NCBI GenBank assembly: GCA_965649765.1 | Contig: OZ287757.1 | Span: 10,850,001 to 10,914,000, forward strand | Length of the DNA stretch: 64,000 nucleotides | Source: Bispira polyomma | Taxonomy: Eukaryota | Direction of reading: 5' to 3' | Shown: positions 26,103 to 40,564 of the stretch, piece after piece | How positions within the stretch are numbered: the first letter of the stretch is position 1 | Layout of the letters: each line of letters starts with the position of its first letter | Program-made: the position numbers and the translations under genes | The notes under the pieces: generated by a model | Told to the model about the DNA's origin: nothing | Seen by the model: the letters and a program-made list of their open reading frames with translations, nothing else | Database searches by the model: none

Positions 26103-26272
26103 GGTAAAATACGAAGAAACTTAAGCTTTATACAACAGTTCTGATGTTCCTGGTATATAGGACAGTCAGTAAACTGGTTGACTATACTTCAGAGCTTTGT
26201 GTGCAACCAGGCCAGATTTTGAACAGAATTCAAAATTAAAGTGAGTGCCATGGAAAACATAATAGAATTTAC

Positions 26273-29200
26273 CCTATAAGCAGCTTCTCTCATAAAACCT
26301 TCTGACTCATCGCTCCAAACAGTAGGGACGGTGAGCACCCAACGAATGTCGGAAGTAGTTAGTCGGCAGTGGTGTATTTTATGGGAGACAAACCTATATA
26401 AGATTTATTTACCCAAGTGACATATCTTTCTCATTTCATGCACCCGTGATATATATAGACATGTCAATCAGCTGAATAATCCTTATGATTGTTTATCACA
26501 CATATAACAATCTGTTTATTTTATATATTATATATTTATACTGTTTTATCATGTAAAATTAATTCTAGACATTCTAGAGTCTAGACATTATTAAAGCTGT
26601 ATTGAAAGCTGCAATGAAAGATAATTCTATGAACTAATAATAGAAAATAGCTCAGATAAATATTTAATCTTTCTAATGATATCCGAAAGTTAAAGTAAAA
26701 TCCACTGGATGGGTGAAAATATAAGGTGTTTTTATATACCACTCGAGTGACCTATATATCCTCTATCTTCACTCATTGATTGGGTGGGTGAACACACAAA
26801 GAAATATAACATTCAATATTAGGGCAGTTATTTTTACTGATACAGAAAAAATAAAGAAGATTGCATAGATGATAGCATTCAATATAAGGGCAGTTATTTT
26901 TACTGATACAGAAAAAATAAAGAACATTGCATAGATGATATTTTAAGGAACAAACGGGGACACTTGTGATGTAATAGCTTCACCGTATATTCTTGTATTG
27001 GTCAGAAAAGCACAAAAAATATGAAAGTGTACTTTAGCCACAAGAAGGCCATAGAGTAGCATGTAACAGTTAAATTTACACTAAATCATGCTTGTAACTA
27101 ATGTAGAAGTGCATGCTTAATATGGGGTATCAGGATAGTACCTTTACATTGCTGTCTGCATTGCACATCAAAGTATGATATCACATGAAACTTAATTATT
27201 GTACATCAAAGTATGATATCACATGGAACTTACTTATTAGGTTGTGTTGATGCCATACAATTGAATCGAAAACCACAGTACAAAATGAAATTACGATACA
27301 TGGTGGTGGCAAAATTGGTAGTGGTTGTATTAATCTTATACAACCTATTGAGTGGAACAAACTTTCCTACTGATATCATCAATCTGACACGTCCATGCTT
27401 TCAGTCATACCTTGTCAGGCAAGATGATCCCATAAAAGTTTGTCTTAGGCTTTGGTGATGTGTTCAATTTAGGAAACCACAGTACTATTGAGATCCACTT
27501 TCTATATTTAAACTTTTGTTAGAAATGCTGTTCAAAACTGCATTTTAATAAATCGTGGAATGACTGATATCTTTCAGATTTTGTCTTTCAGTGATGCCTT
27601 AAAACCTTTAAAACATATCTACCCCCTATATTGTAATCCCAAAACTCATTACCTTACCATAGATATTTACTTGAGAAGTCAATTTCGAAACCAATTCTGT
27701 CCAGAAACACCACAGCGTTTGATTATTTGTTTCAATCTACCGTTATTTTCATTGTGACTTAGTACAATATTTCTGTCCACCACAACGTGACTACTGAACA
27801 ACGATTTTAATTATTGTGCTTTAGAAGTCAATAATACAGAGAGTAATCCCCATTATTGAATTCATTAGATCAGTTCAGTTTAGTGACACTCACTTTAGAA
27901 CGAAGAGGATCTGTGTTGAATCCCGGCCTGGGATGACCAGTTACAAGCAGACTTAAGAAAATTATAGTTACCAGTGCTAGTTGGATGTACTTGGACTGTC
28001 ACAAAGAGCTTAATAGTGCTTTCAATTCCAAATAAAGTTAGATAAATACGCTAAGAGTACATTCAAATACAAAATATTCAAATACACAAAGAACACTAGC
28101 ATTGTAGATGGCATGGAGATGGTTTTCTGCTAAATATATAGATAATCTTGCATTACTAACATAATAATTTAGGACCTTGTATGTTCCTCGATTATCGCTC
28201 ATACTTTGAATATTTGCCATTAATGCCATAGTTGTGTAGTTGTTTTTGTTTTTCAGTTGATATTAAGAATATTGTGTCTCTGGCCGGAGACTTAAAACAA
28301 GAGCTTAAAACAAGACCTATACAGAACTGTTTGTCATGCTGGTCCCTGCTCATATACAACACCTCCGCCTTTTTTAAATGCACTGGCTGTCTATTCTGTT
28401 TTAATTTCAAGTTAATTTCCATGTGCAGCAACCTGTCTACTTATCATCTATGCTGTCTCTTGGCTATTTTACCAGAGGAAAATTTTCTCTCCACCTCTTG
28501 CTTCTTACCCCCAAAAATGCCTGATTCAAAAGGTGCAGCACCTGCTGGTTGGAATGGTTTCCCTACTAATCTCAGAGACAATTATCACAGGTTTTCAGGA
28601 AAAAGCTCAAAACACATCTGTATCAACTTACTTTTCCACCTAACCATTGTCTCCTGGTCATGACTAAACTCTGATCACAAACCTTTTCTCTTCTCAGACT
28701 ATTATTTGGCATACTGATTGGGATGTGCACCACAGATGATACCTGTTTATTGATTGCAGCACTATCGAAGTAAAACATTAACATAACATAACAGATCCCC
28801 CGCCCCTCATATATCTGTGTTTTAGCTACATCTCCTAAAGTCGGCCATCTGATTGCACATAAACATACTTACTTGACTGAAAAAAAACAACAATATTTGT
28901 TGATGTATTTAATAAATATTTACAGTACACAACAGACACTCATTGGTTCAGTTGTATTTTGTGCATAACAAACAAACCAACAGACATAGACAAAAGCATA
29001 GGCTCCTAATTATGGCGTGTCATCTTGAAGGGTCCATACAGGTTGTACCTATTTGGTCCCCCAATCTCAACCTCTTCATCCTTTGAATCTAGCTGGCTGA
29101 ACTCGTGTTCTGCAGTATAGCCAAAACTGTAAAAGGATTTGTCCGGGTTGGTCATGACGCATGTGTGTGTTTTGTTGAAGGCACATCCCAGTTTGGCACC

Positions 29201-29344
29201 TCATTTTTTTTTCATGTTGCTGGGGTTGTACATTAAGAGAAAGGCATAGCCACTGAAAGTGGTACCAAAATCATAAGCTGCCACCAGTAGGTAGTTCTCT
29301 AGTAAGAGGTTCTTTAATGTGTTGGACAGGGCCTCTGCCATCAT
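26273..29344 (-). pseudogene. Truncated HSPA12 pseudogene duplicated from copy 1: exon 1 29344-29006, partial exon 2 27501-27449, exon 3 26366-26273; exons 4-5 absent
   Basis: Starts MMAEALSNTLKNL like copy 1. TGG>TGA stop near 29201, CAG>TAG with lost donor at 29006, TAA in exon 2 followed by a deletion, mutated exon 3 acceptor (ccactg). Homology stops at about 26113, against a LINE. Confidence 0.9.
26810..26940. repeat. 66-bp tandem duplication
   Basis: cattcaatat.agggcagttatttttactgatacag...gcatagatgata twice. Confidence 0.85.
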
Positions 29345-30261
29345 TTGAAGTCACACGCTAGGTACGGAGGAAACCCATAATACTAAAATGTGTTTTTATG
29401 ATATGTAAATTGATGCCAGGCATCTTTTAAATCACAACATCTTTGACGAAGTAGCAAAATTTATGATCCTTTTGTGAGGCAAGTTTGTGATTTTGGAGTC
29501 AATGTGGACGATACAAGATACAATGTAGGGTAAATAAGATTGAAGAGAGTTTTAAGGCTCCTTCAGAAACCAGTGATTGTACACTGTGATCTGACATTGG
29601 CTCGGAAATTATGTCATGGGTTTGGTACTGTGACACAGAAGCATAATATATAAACTGCTTAATGATTCTAATATTAGCAACTGCAATTTTGTTTCCCCTA
29701 GTAAACATATTAAACAAAAGCAATGAAACAACATCCGGGGACTGACAAAAATGTACATACATACACGTGGTAGCCCAGATTCAAACCCAAGATATAAGAG
29801 GTGGGATCAAGTGTGGTATCATTATTACACCAATGAAGGCTGCCTTGACAAATATATATATATAAACTTCAAACAGGAATGCAATTTTTACAAGGCAGGT
29901 CAAATAAATTATCAATTAAAACAATGTATTTAACATATTTACACATTAGGCATACATGTGTATAAAGCTTACGTATTAACACAGGTTTACTGATAACAAA
30001 AATGGTGCATCCAACAATTTGTATTAAATTGTCAGATATTATTGTCACTTCTGCCATTTGATAATTAAACAGCCACGTTTGTAAATTCAAACATCTTTCA
30101 AAAAAAAAAAAATAGTTACATTTCTTGGTAAATATGCTCTTTCTGTTCCAATGTGGTGCTTGATAAAGTACAAATTTTATCCGAAAAATATTAAACCCAA
30201 TTCCCGTTCCTTTCTACCTCTTTCTCCAGAATAATCTACATTGGGATTAAATTCACCAGTG

Positions 30262-30279
30262 TACTTTCACTTTCGCTTT
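30262..30279 (-). promoter_or_regulatory. ISRE/IRF-E-like element AAAGCGAAAGTGAAAGT upstream of the HSPA12 pseudogene
   Basis: Tandem GAAA cores with IRF spacing (GAAANNGAAA), at the position homologous to 18817-18833. Confidence 0.5.
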
Positions 30280-31282
30280 AGGAATTGGCATGATTATCCA
30301 GCACAAATCAATTAATCCCCAATCATATATTCGGTTTTTCAATGGTAGCCTATTCAACAAGTAAAGACAATATGAAGATCACAGAGGTGCAAAATTATGT
30401 TCAAGAAAAAGCCAATAATTTTCAAAATCTAAAGTAGTTCATCGGAAATTATTATCAATCAGCTTAATAATATTTGTGTGTATGTATGCCAACCAGCCAT
30501 ACAATGCCAATTCAGTTGTATTACTTTGCTCTCAGCAGGTCTAATTAAATGGTAAAGTTTTGTTTTAATTAAAGCCAAAAATGAAAAGGTAAAATGGTTC
30601 ATTTAGTCATTTAATTAGAAAATAAAAATATTTAATAGCAATGTGTAGCAGATTAAAGCAGAAAGTATGAAATATAATAATTATAATTGGCATAACATGT
30701 TCGAATGTATGTGACATATACCCTTGTACCACAATAATCTTACCTGATTCAGACGAAAAAGATTTTTTTATGCTTTCCAACGTTGGATATCTGTTCTACA
30801 ATAGATTCCTTGAATGTGTTTTGCATTTTTTGTGATTACATTCACACAATGTTATTTCACTTTGTTTTTGTAACAATGTTTTCATCAAGAATAAAAACAA
30901 ATTGATATAGCTACTGGTTTAGATAATTGTCAACAGGGAATAATAATCAGATTTAGATAATATAGCGTGAGCATTCATATAACAAGTGTACGTCTATGTT
31001 CCATGTGTGCGGTTTGCGACAGTGGCTAGCGGATAGTGCTTGCACTAATATTTCTGTGGGAAATATGATAGGTACCAAATCTGGCATTTTATTTTAATGG
31101 AATTGACATTTATATTTCTAGTCCGATTTTTGAAATACTTTCAGATTTTTGATCAGAAGAAGAAGACGAATAATTTGATGCAAATGAACCATATCAATAT
31201 TAAAGTACAGTGTTTGTCAGGCTTGCAGATGCGGCAAAATTCGGTCAAATGTTTTCAATTCTTTTAAGGATTGATTTAATAG

Positions 31283-31939
31283 TGTTACATATAAGGACAT
31301 TGCGGTATGTTAAAGCAGAACCAGTCTAGTTAGTACTAATGTTTCTTACACTCTGCGAGAGTTATCTATTTATAGATTTGGGGAAACCCCTAAGCTTCTA
31401 GAAGCTGGTTCTATTTGTTTCTTTTTTTATTGGAGTTGTGTTAATGTGTGCTATACGAACTGCTATACTGTGAAACACTTTATTTCTTTTCCTGTGGATA
31501 TAAACTGATTTGTTTTATACGTTTTGTGGTGAACTCATTGGAGTGAACTGGATATAAAGTTGTGGATCTACCAGAAATTGGATTTGCTGCATATTGGATA
31601 TTGTTTGCATTCTGGACTGGATAGCTTAGTTGTGCAGATTCTCTAGATGTATACATTTTGTGTTCGTGGAGACCGAATGGATACCAGGCAGTGTGTGTTA
31701 ATGGACACAAAACAGATCTCAAGACCTCAGATTGCTGGATACAGTGGACAACCTTGTTTAATTGTTATTTACATGGACAGGACTGTGGTCAGGTCAGATT
31801 GGTATATCAGTTGACTGTAATTGTGTAATTGTTATTTTAATTGTTAAATAAATTTGTTAAATGAAACTTTTTGTGTTTTCCTGTTACAACTTGAAAGCAA
31901 CCGGTAATTGCTACCGCACTTGTTCCCATGACCGTAACA
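31283..31939 (+). mobile_element. Solo LTR (657 bp) upstream of the HSPA12 pseudogene
   Basis: TGTTAC...GTAACA termini, near-perfect 5-bp TSD aatag/gatag, AATAAA at about 31847; absent at the homologous site near 19637. Confidence 0.75.
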
Positions 31940-32825
31940 GATAGCCACACCAGAAAGCCCCAACTGGAAGCCACATTCATAACAATGAATAATGTAGTTT
32001 GAATGACAGAATCAAACACTGGAGATTTAGATGTATTTTAAAGGTCAATAGTTACACCAATAAACTTAAGAAAAAATATGTTATACAGGAAGAAATTATA
32101 AGGTTTTCACAGTGGATAAACATTTGTACCAATGAATGATTCTTAAAGTGAGCTTAGATTTTCCCAGTCAGTGACTGGTTACCTAGTGGCTACATTCTGT
32201 ATTGTCATTCTAAAAACAATGGATGTCACCTTGCAGTGACAAAACACTGTTTGTATAATAAACTTAGTGAGTAAAATATAACTAGGAAATATAATTTAGA
32301 CTGTTGTACAGGTGGCATTTTGAACAATGCTGCTATTTATCTATTTGGTGATGAGCTAGTTGTGTCATTCTCCAAGCCTTCCCAGAACAACCCAATAATA
32401 ACAGCAACTGCGTGCTTCAACTGTGCAATGCACGGATTCTAATTTTTCAATTTAGGTTTTTATCCTTTGTTACCATATAAATAAAACAATTTTGGTAGAA
32501 AAATCACCCAAAACCCTCAAAAACATCTAATTGAAGTTACACTTCTATTATGTTTTGGTAAATTTATAACAGTGGAGGGTACAATCACAAAAGGTGATAA
32601 TAGCATATTCTTGTTTACAATAACATTTTTAATAATACAATGAAAAATTAATTTTTGAGTTTTACTATATGGCGACATCCTATGATATGTAGTGTCTTAA
32701 AAATATATTTTTGTCTGCACTATGTTCCAGAGAGAGAGAGAGAGTGTTTGTTAAATGGGGGAAGAATTTTCAAAAAAAAAAAAATAAATTGTCTTTTGTT
32801 TTTATACTAAAGGTTATCAGTTCCT

Positions 32826-33089
32826 TACGGAAGCCATCTTATGGAATTACAAAATATATCTAAGAGATAGCACTATCTTTAAATTAACAAGATATATCTT
32901 GTAATTGTTAGATATATCTTGTAAATATAAGATGAGCCCTTCTTGTAATTTCAACGTATATTTGGTGATTACGAGATAACCTAATGTTGAAATTACAAGA
33001 TAACTTTATATTGAAATTACGAGAAAGCAATATCTTGTATTTACGAGACAATTTACCTTTTTTTTGTATGACCTGTATAGGCTTACATA
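32826..33089. repeat. MITE-like element with internal atatcttgtaa / ttacgaga repeats
   Basis: Imperfect termini tacggaagcc / ggcttacata; internal short direct and inverted repeats. Confidence 0.4.
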
Positions 33090-34452
33090 TTTCCTCGGGT
33101 TTAAAGTCAAGACACTTAAGTTTTAATCAGTATGTAACAGAGTAACAGAGAATAAGATTGCAGTAAATAATTTATTAGTAGCGACATCAGTAAAATCTAC
33201 CAGATTATATGTAAAGTTTAAGTTGAGAGTTTGGACATAAGATCACCATAAATTAAGGTTAAGAATTTAGTTAAGGTTGACTAAATTTTTGACAAGTAAG
33301 ATAAAGGAATGTGTGGTGTACTGTATAATGTAAGGTGACCTTAGAAAGACAAAACACAAACAGTAATAGTTATTTTACTGTAACATTTAAATCTTTTATA
33401 ACAATAATACTTGTATATAATATATTTACAGATGGTACTTAAGACTTTATAGAGATTAAAATTTTAAGAACTAAAAAAAGGAACCATTTAGTTACTCTCT
33501 TTGGTATATAGTTTGTCGGTAAAAATGTGTGTTAGTTATAACTATTGTGGGGGGCGAAGTTGTGTTGTATTCACGAGTATTTGCCATTTACATACTACAC
33601 CACAAGACCAAAGGGGGGGGGGGGTGCATTGCCCGGATCAATGTAAGAGTGGCGTCCATTTTGTATTGTCCAGTTTCAAACTTAAAAGATCCTTCCCCTT
33701 TATCATAGCTATATAACACACACCGACCAGTATCAAATATGTTTTTATTCCTTAGGATGGGTTCATAGTAATATTTTATACCAGTCAACGCTAACCGACG
33801 CACATGGCACTGGTGAATCCAATGGGCTAGGTCGTCATTGGGTTAATGATAATGCCACGCCGTGCTTTTCATTTGTATTTATTATTCCAACAAGACAAGC
33901 AACTTTCATTATTATAAACAAATACCAGATTGTACACACACAATACTTTTTGTGACATACCTTTTGAACGAAGGGCAATGATATTGACAACATGCACAAA
34001 GTAAGCAACAATGCATGGTCGTGTATCTGAGAGAATATCCTTCCACACATATAATCACTGCAAATGCTTTCATTCACTGGTTTTCTATATTACAGAGTGA
34101 ATACTTATGTATTTGACGAAAGTTCTGCGTGCATATATAGTTATATATTGTATATATATCAAAATAGGCTGTATGAAGAATAACTACAAATACTTGAAAG
34201 CCTAATATAGAGCTACAATGTACAGCTCCATTGTACAAACATATCAATCAGCATGCAATAAATGTAATATATTGTAAAATATCCTGAAAATGAAAAGTAA
34301 ATGTCACAAGCAAATGAAAAGTAAATGTCACAAACATATTCACTGACAATATGTAATATTTAAAGTCTATGGTCTGATAAGTGTGTGTATAGATTAGGTG
34401 TACTGTTCAAAATTTTGCAGTTTCCAAATTTACAAGCATACAACCCACTTGT

Positions 34453-37400
34453 TTAATCTGATATGAAGTCTACAGTAATGCTCAGTGGATAACAGTCACC
34501 TCTGGCTCCTTTCTCTCTTGCTTCAACGCGCAGTTCCGTATGACCAAATGTAATTTTTGTCTCAACACAGTCTGTCATAACATTGTGTAAGCTTGCTACC
34601 CCTAGCTTGTGAACACCTGATTCATCAACATATTTCACAACTGCTTTGTCTGCTTTAAATATTTCAAATGACACTAATGCGTTTGTTTTAGAACTTCGAG
34701 GAAAGTATTGAATTCTTGCTGCTCCAGAGTGCACTATATCTCCTTTTTTTATTAATGTATGGAATACATCATTGCACATTACTTTACCATCTATATTAAC
34801 AAATCTTTTGGCAGGATCGTGCATGCCTTCTTCAAAATAAGGTTCAACTGCAATACCATACGTGTATCTGGCAATACGACTGACTATGTGCAGTGGGTTA
34901 TGACCAAATAAAACAGCACCTTTCATGATGGCCACCTGTGCCTCAACAGGAATCAATACCTTGACTTTATCTGAAAACATAGACTGGCAGGCATCTTGTA
35001 AAATCTTGCATTCTGCAAAGCCTCCAACAAGAAGTATATAGTTGATTTCTCCCAGCGTCTTATCAGACAGCAGCTTCATCACATGGTCTACTATATTGGT
35101 GATGCATTCTGAAAACAAACCCTTGGCCATTTCATGTTTCACTACTATGTAACCATTACTGAAACGTATTCCTTTGACTTTTGACTGTTTAACAAATTCT
35201 TCAAGTTCTAACTGCATCATCTTCATAATATCTTTCTCAAAAGAGTAAGGGACAGGTATTTTAATGGAGCACTTTCCATCAGGCACCAAAGCTTTTTTGG
35301 ACTTTTCAAAATTCGTCATGAACTGCAGCCACTGCTGAGGTCGTTTTGTTTTAAACTTGTTGATAAAATTACTTCCAAACATCTTAGCTAGTGTGGAAAC
35401 AAACTTTCCGTCTACCTTAATTCCTCCCCAGGGACCTCCAGATGGAGGAGAGATTTCTTTCACCTGACCTTCCGTCAGTATTTCATGAGCAGTGATGTCA
35501 ACAGTTCCACCTAAGTAAATAATAAGTAAGTTTTTACATATTATTCGCAACTGTGCAAGGGTTACAACCTCCAAATATCCTCAAGGTTGATATCATGTGA
35601 TTACTTTCCCATGAATTGACTTTTACAGTGATATGAAATTATATTTTTATTACAGTAAAAATGTTATCATGAGTATAATTTCAAGCAGTGCTAAAGAGTA
35701 TTCTCACAAATGATTGAAGACAATTATTTGTGAATTTCCATAAAAAATTGTCCACACTAATATATATACTTGTTTCATCTATTTAACCATACACACCTCC
35801 AGCATCAATGATGAGCAGTTTCTCTCCAGAACAGAAAGTCAAACCATCCGATGAGTTACCTTCATCAGAGGTAAAAGTATTAACTTGAAGTGACCGACAG
35901 AAAATGGATGTAGCCTCAGGTTCCAAGGCAATCAGTAGGTTGCTGGAATTTTTCTCAGATATCAGTCCTGACTGGATAAGTAGAACATGGACAATGTAGC
36001 TCGGTATTGACCATAAGTCATTCACATGCTTATTAAAATACATTTAATAAATTTTACCTTGTTGTTTCCTTTTGATGCAATCTTTACCATAAGATATCAG
36101 TATAAGAGGAAACACAGAGTACTATAATATTAAAGACCAAATTTGAAACATGTTTTGCGTGAACTATAGTTTGTACCCTTGTTCAGATGTCAAATCATTT
36201 ATTGTCAGCGAAAACATAATAAATTTTAAACCTAAATTTAGAATGAAGTTTTCATTGATTTTGAGCGAAATGTGGCAGAATACACATGTAGTGAGAATAC
36301 TTACCCTGTAAACTGCTTCTCTCATAAATCCTTTAGATTCATCATTCCAGATTGCAGGGACTGTGAGGACCCATCGAATGTCTGAGACCTCTGGAGGACT
36401 GTTAATGTGTGGTAAATCACTAATTAGTGTGTATACCAAAAACATATCATCAAGCCATATGTATGCAGTAGATGCCTTATTGGTTATAGTGGAAACCAAG
36501 ATCTATAGGGTGATGATGTTACTTACAATCTGCATCAACGACCACTTTCAAACCATGACCATTTGGATATTGTTACAGTTGGGAAACCTCCAACAATCTT
36601 TGCATTAACATTGACCTTAAAAGCCATTAACCCAACCTTTAATCAATTACCTCCATGAGTATTATGTATCCCTGATTTAACTTGCATATATATATATATT
36701 CAGTGAGCAGTATTCTAATATCCACACAAAGTAAAGTGTCCCAACACTATGTGTTGTCATTTAATTCCCGCACTAAACCCAGACACTTGGACATTTTATA
36801 TCTGCAATTTTTCAGACTGCTATTTAAGACTGTGGTTAACTTCAAGAAATGTTGGAATAAAATTAATCAATAACAATATAACGGCTTCCATTTATATTTA
36901 GTAAAGTATGTTAGAATATAGAATTAACTATTATAATAGCTTCTATAATCTGACAATCTATTCAGTAATATTATTAATGCTGTAAAAGAGTAATATGTAA
37001 AGTGGGTTTCTCACTAACATATTATGAGAGACTCTTATGACATACGATTTTAGTGCTTTTTGTATGGGGTCCATCATGTGCTTCTTAAGGTGCTGTAATA
37101 CCATGACAAAAATGTCAATTGCTGGCCTAATGTGTCCACTGGTAGAAACCACTGTACTGCTCAAATTCACATCCTATTGGATAGAAACCAACAAGAAGAT
37201 TGAATAGTAATTTATAGTTGGGTTTAAAATCACAACTTCAGAGATTATAGGTTTCAATCTCGCTTTCGAGAAGAACAAATACACGTATGTGCAACATTTG
37301 TATGGGTATCTGCAGTGGTTTTCCTTAAAATTACCATAGACGTTTACTTAAGACACTATATATCAAATGGTGAAAAATGCATTATACATTCATACTGTAG

Positions 37401-37909
37401 TAAACTAGATCTCTTTACTCTTTCTTATAAACAGTTTAAAATAGGGAATAAATGTTAGAAAAAAAACCGATTTCACTCGTATTTTCATACCTAGACTATT
37501 GTGATAATATAATAACAAATCAAACACCCTAATTAATCGCAAATATTAAAAACTGCTATTTCCTTACTTGATTGTGCAGTAACATCTTAAAGTGCCTGTA
37601 CAGATTGTATCCATTTGGTCCCCCTATTTTATCATCATCAGGATCTAGCTGATTGTATTCATGTTCCGCCTTGTATCCAAAACTATGAAAGGATCCATCC
37701 GGATTGGTCATCACACAGGTTGGTGCTTTATAAGAGTCACATCCAAGTTCAGCCCCCCAGTTCTTGTTCATCTTTATGTCATTTGGACTTGTTCTAAAGG
37801 AGAAGGCATACCCACTGAAGGTAGTTCCAAAGTCTATGGCTGTTGAGATGATGTAGCTATCTTTAAGTGAAAGGTTTGTCATGCCATCATCTAGTGATTT
37901 TGTGGCCAT
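34453..37909 (-). CDS. HSPA12: Heat shock 70 kDa protein 12-like (copy 2), intact; coding exons 37909-37568, 37173-37046, 36398-36305, 35971-35797, 35510-34453 (1797 nt, 598 aa)
   Basis: Same motifs and intron positions/phases as copy 1 (exons 2 and 3 are 128 and 94 nt in both); GT-AG splice sites; open spliced frame. Confidence 0.93.
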
Positions 37910-39635
37910 ACTAACTACAAAAATAATCAAACAGAAAAAAAGTATAGTATAAAACATGTCCCAGTTGGCAATAACCAAAGCAGTGGATACAATTGCAAAA
38001 TCTACATTAATAGATCAAAGAGTTTTACACTGTTAATGTAATGATATGTGACACCAGGACTGGGAGCAACTATTATTTATTATTATTATGCATTTTTAAC
38101 GCGCTTTATTGATGTTAGGCATCTTCTAAAGCGCAACAGCAGAATCAGTGATCCAATCGTAAAGTCCATGGGCATAGCAAGGTTGTAAGGGTAGAGGGGT
38201 TAACAGCTGGTTAATCAGCAAGCAATCAGACTGGGTGTTAACCCACCTCATAGCATCCCGTTGAAGATTTGTGATAATTTTCAGCATGGTTCCTGCCTGC
38301 TTGTTTACCCTGGTTAACTGGAACTCACATGGATTACTGTGACCATCGTGGTGAAGCTGTACCTTACATCACCATATAATCCATTCAAAACTTAAAATTT
38401 AAACTTAGGCAGGAACAAGATATCGTAGCAGCAAACATATTCTAAAACTATGGTATGGCTAGCTGCAATAGGTTTTCTTAAAAAGTGTTAAAAAAATCTT
38501 GTGTCAGCCATTTTGTTTTTAGGCTTCGCCTGTTCAAACATTCACAAAAAGATAAATTGTGTAATAAAATTGGTGAATATATCTTGTTTAATCATATTAC
38601 ATCATGTTTAAAAACATTGGATCGGCTATCTTCTTTTTTTTAAATATGGCCAAATTTCAGCAGGAGAGAGATATTATAGCAATGAAATATCATTTGGTCG
38701 GGCTAGCCACAATGGTTAAGCTATGAGACTGTTAACGAAGAAATCTTTACTTCACTTATGGTGGCTATTTTGTTTTCCAGGATGAGAGCCAAATTCAATA
38801 ATTAGATACAGGCAAACTGTAAATTTGGTAAATATAAAAAATTATTTTTGAGTATTAGACATATACTAAATTTGGTAAATATATAATGGCTTCAATACGA
38901 ATGATATAACAACTTTTTAAAGAAGTTGTAGCATATTAGTTTTAAAATTAAGGCCAAACTTCAGGAGCAAAATATTATAGCATTCAACATATCCCGAAAC
39001 TTTTGTGACGCACACCCGACGATTATATTTATGCAATGTCATGTTGCAGTAGTAACAAATATGGTACTGAACAGGCACAAATAGATGTGATTTCATGTTG
39101 ATTATTACTTCATGTTTAACCAGCACCAGGAAGCAAATGTTTGTATTTCTGGTATATAATATTACAAAAGTAAAACGAAAGTAAACCAACATTAGGTGCC
39201 TTAATATATAAATTCGAAAAAAAAAAATAGTTTGCAAATAAATAATCACACAGTAAATTATATTTATGTGCAATAAATTGCTTGTAATCATTTCACCAGC
39301 GTTACAGTTAATTAGCCAAAATACAAGATTGGTGTTTACTCTGTTACTTGTTGGTTTTAACTATCCCTAAGATTACTGTTACATAATGTTCACAGTTGGC
39401 TCAAGATTGATAATTTTTTTTCATATATATTTGTACCAAATATTTGAAATCACTGAAAATTTACTAAAATTGTGATGAAAATAATTTATGTAATATTTAT
39501 TTTGTTTTTAGGCAGCAGAAAAGGTTGTTACTTTGAATATTAAAAGAATAACCAGTCAGTTTATTTATTTTTTTTTTTTTTGTCTTTCTGTTTTTACTGT
39601 CTAATACTCTAAAATCATTTTTCTGTCCTATAGAA

Positions 39636-39898
39636 TTTGAATTTTGAATGTGAATTTGGATATTTAACGTCCCTTCTAGTACCTTATAGTAGATTATATT
39701 GGGATTGGTAGTTGGAAACGCTGGAGGAAACACTGCATACAGTTAGTCAAGGTTCTGCACTAAAACCAGCGGCCCACAGTAAGGAACTACCACCTTTCCA
39801 CATAGGCATCGACGGGATTCGAATTCACGCCGCCTAGAGGTGAGAGACCAGTGATTGTGAAGCGCAATGCTTGCTAACCACTAGGCCACCGCGGCCCC
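39636..39898 (-). mobile_element. tRNA-derived SINE (family 2), full length
   Basis: A/B boxes, caaatt-type tail, 9-bp TSD cctatagaa (39627-39635 and 39899-39907). Confidence 0.88.
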
Positions 39899-40197
39899 CC
39901 TATAGAAGTAAACATAAAAACCCATCCCAGTGAGCTTAATTTCAACAAAGAATCTATTTTATGGGCGAATCCTGGATCTGGGTGGAATCTTTGGTTTATT
40001 GAAGGCCAGAAACATGAGCCCAACAACCAAATTTAACATTGATGTTCACAATATATCCTGGCAGCAGACCCACATTTCCTGAATCCTTCTATGCATTCAA
40101 AAGACATTAATTGTACGGAACAAAATTTACTTATCTCATTTGATATATTATATTTACCACTTGAGGTCCTTCTCTGTGAACAAACCAAGTACACCAA

Positions 40198-40335
40198 TAT
40201 CCTTTATTTTACGATATTTATTCAGAAGTAATTTCCTTATCCAGGTGCTATTTTCTCAAAAACTAATACCCTTTATTTTATGATATTTAATCAGTAAGTA
40301 AGTAATTTCCTTATCCAGGTGCTATTTTCTTAAAA
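40198..40335. repeat. About 70-bp tandem duplication upstream of HSPA12 copy 2
   Basis: cctttatttta.gatattta...gtaatttccttatccaggtgctattttct twice. Confidence 0.8.
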
Positions 40336-40564
40336 ATTTGTTCACTTTATGTTGGTAAAATTTTATCCAAACTATCAATTCGTTCATCATTTATTTCAGT
40401 TTATTACGTAAACCACTGGCACATCATCACTCTGGGATTATATTTATCCAATGTGGTTCCACTTTCCTTTTCTACACAATGTATTCCAGAACTACAAACG
40501 TTTGTTTGCTGCTGTGAGTCATTATGACAAATTTGTCATGTGATAAAATGCAATAGTACACTTA

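Larger units (their letters stand above)
26113..32575. repeat. Segmental duplication of approx. 9503-20085 (HSPA12 copy 1 intron 3 to upstream region), each copy with its own insertions
   Basis: Collinear intronic and upstream similarity, e.g. 9503 vs 26113 gaagaaac.taagctt; 18820 vs 30262 ctttcgctttaggaattggcatg; 20060 vs 32551 tgttttggt.aatttataacagt. Confidence 0.9.

Noticed and set aside
38070-38900. L2-like 3' end and Helentron-like fragments
   Set aside because: Only short degenerate motifs; boundaries cannot be supported.
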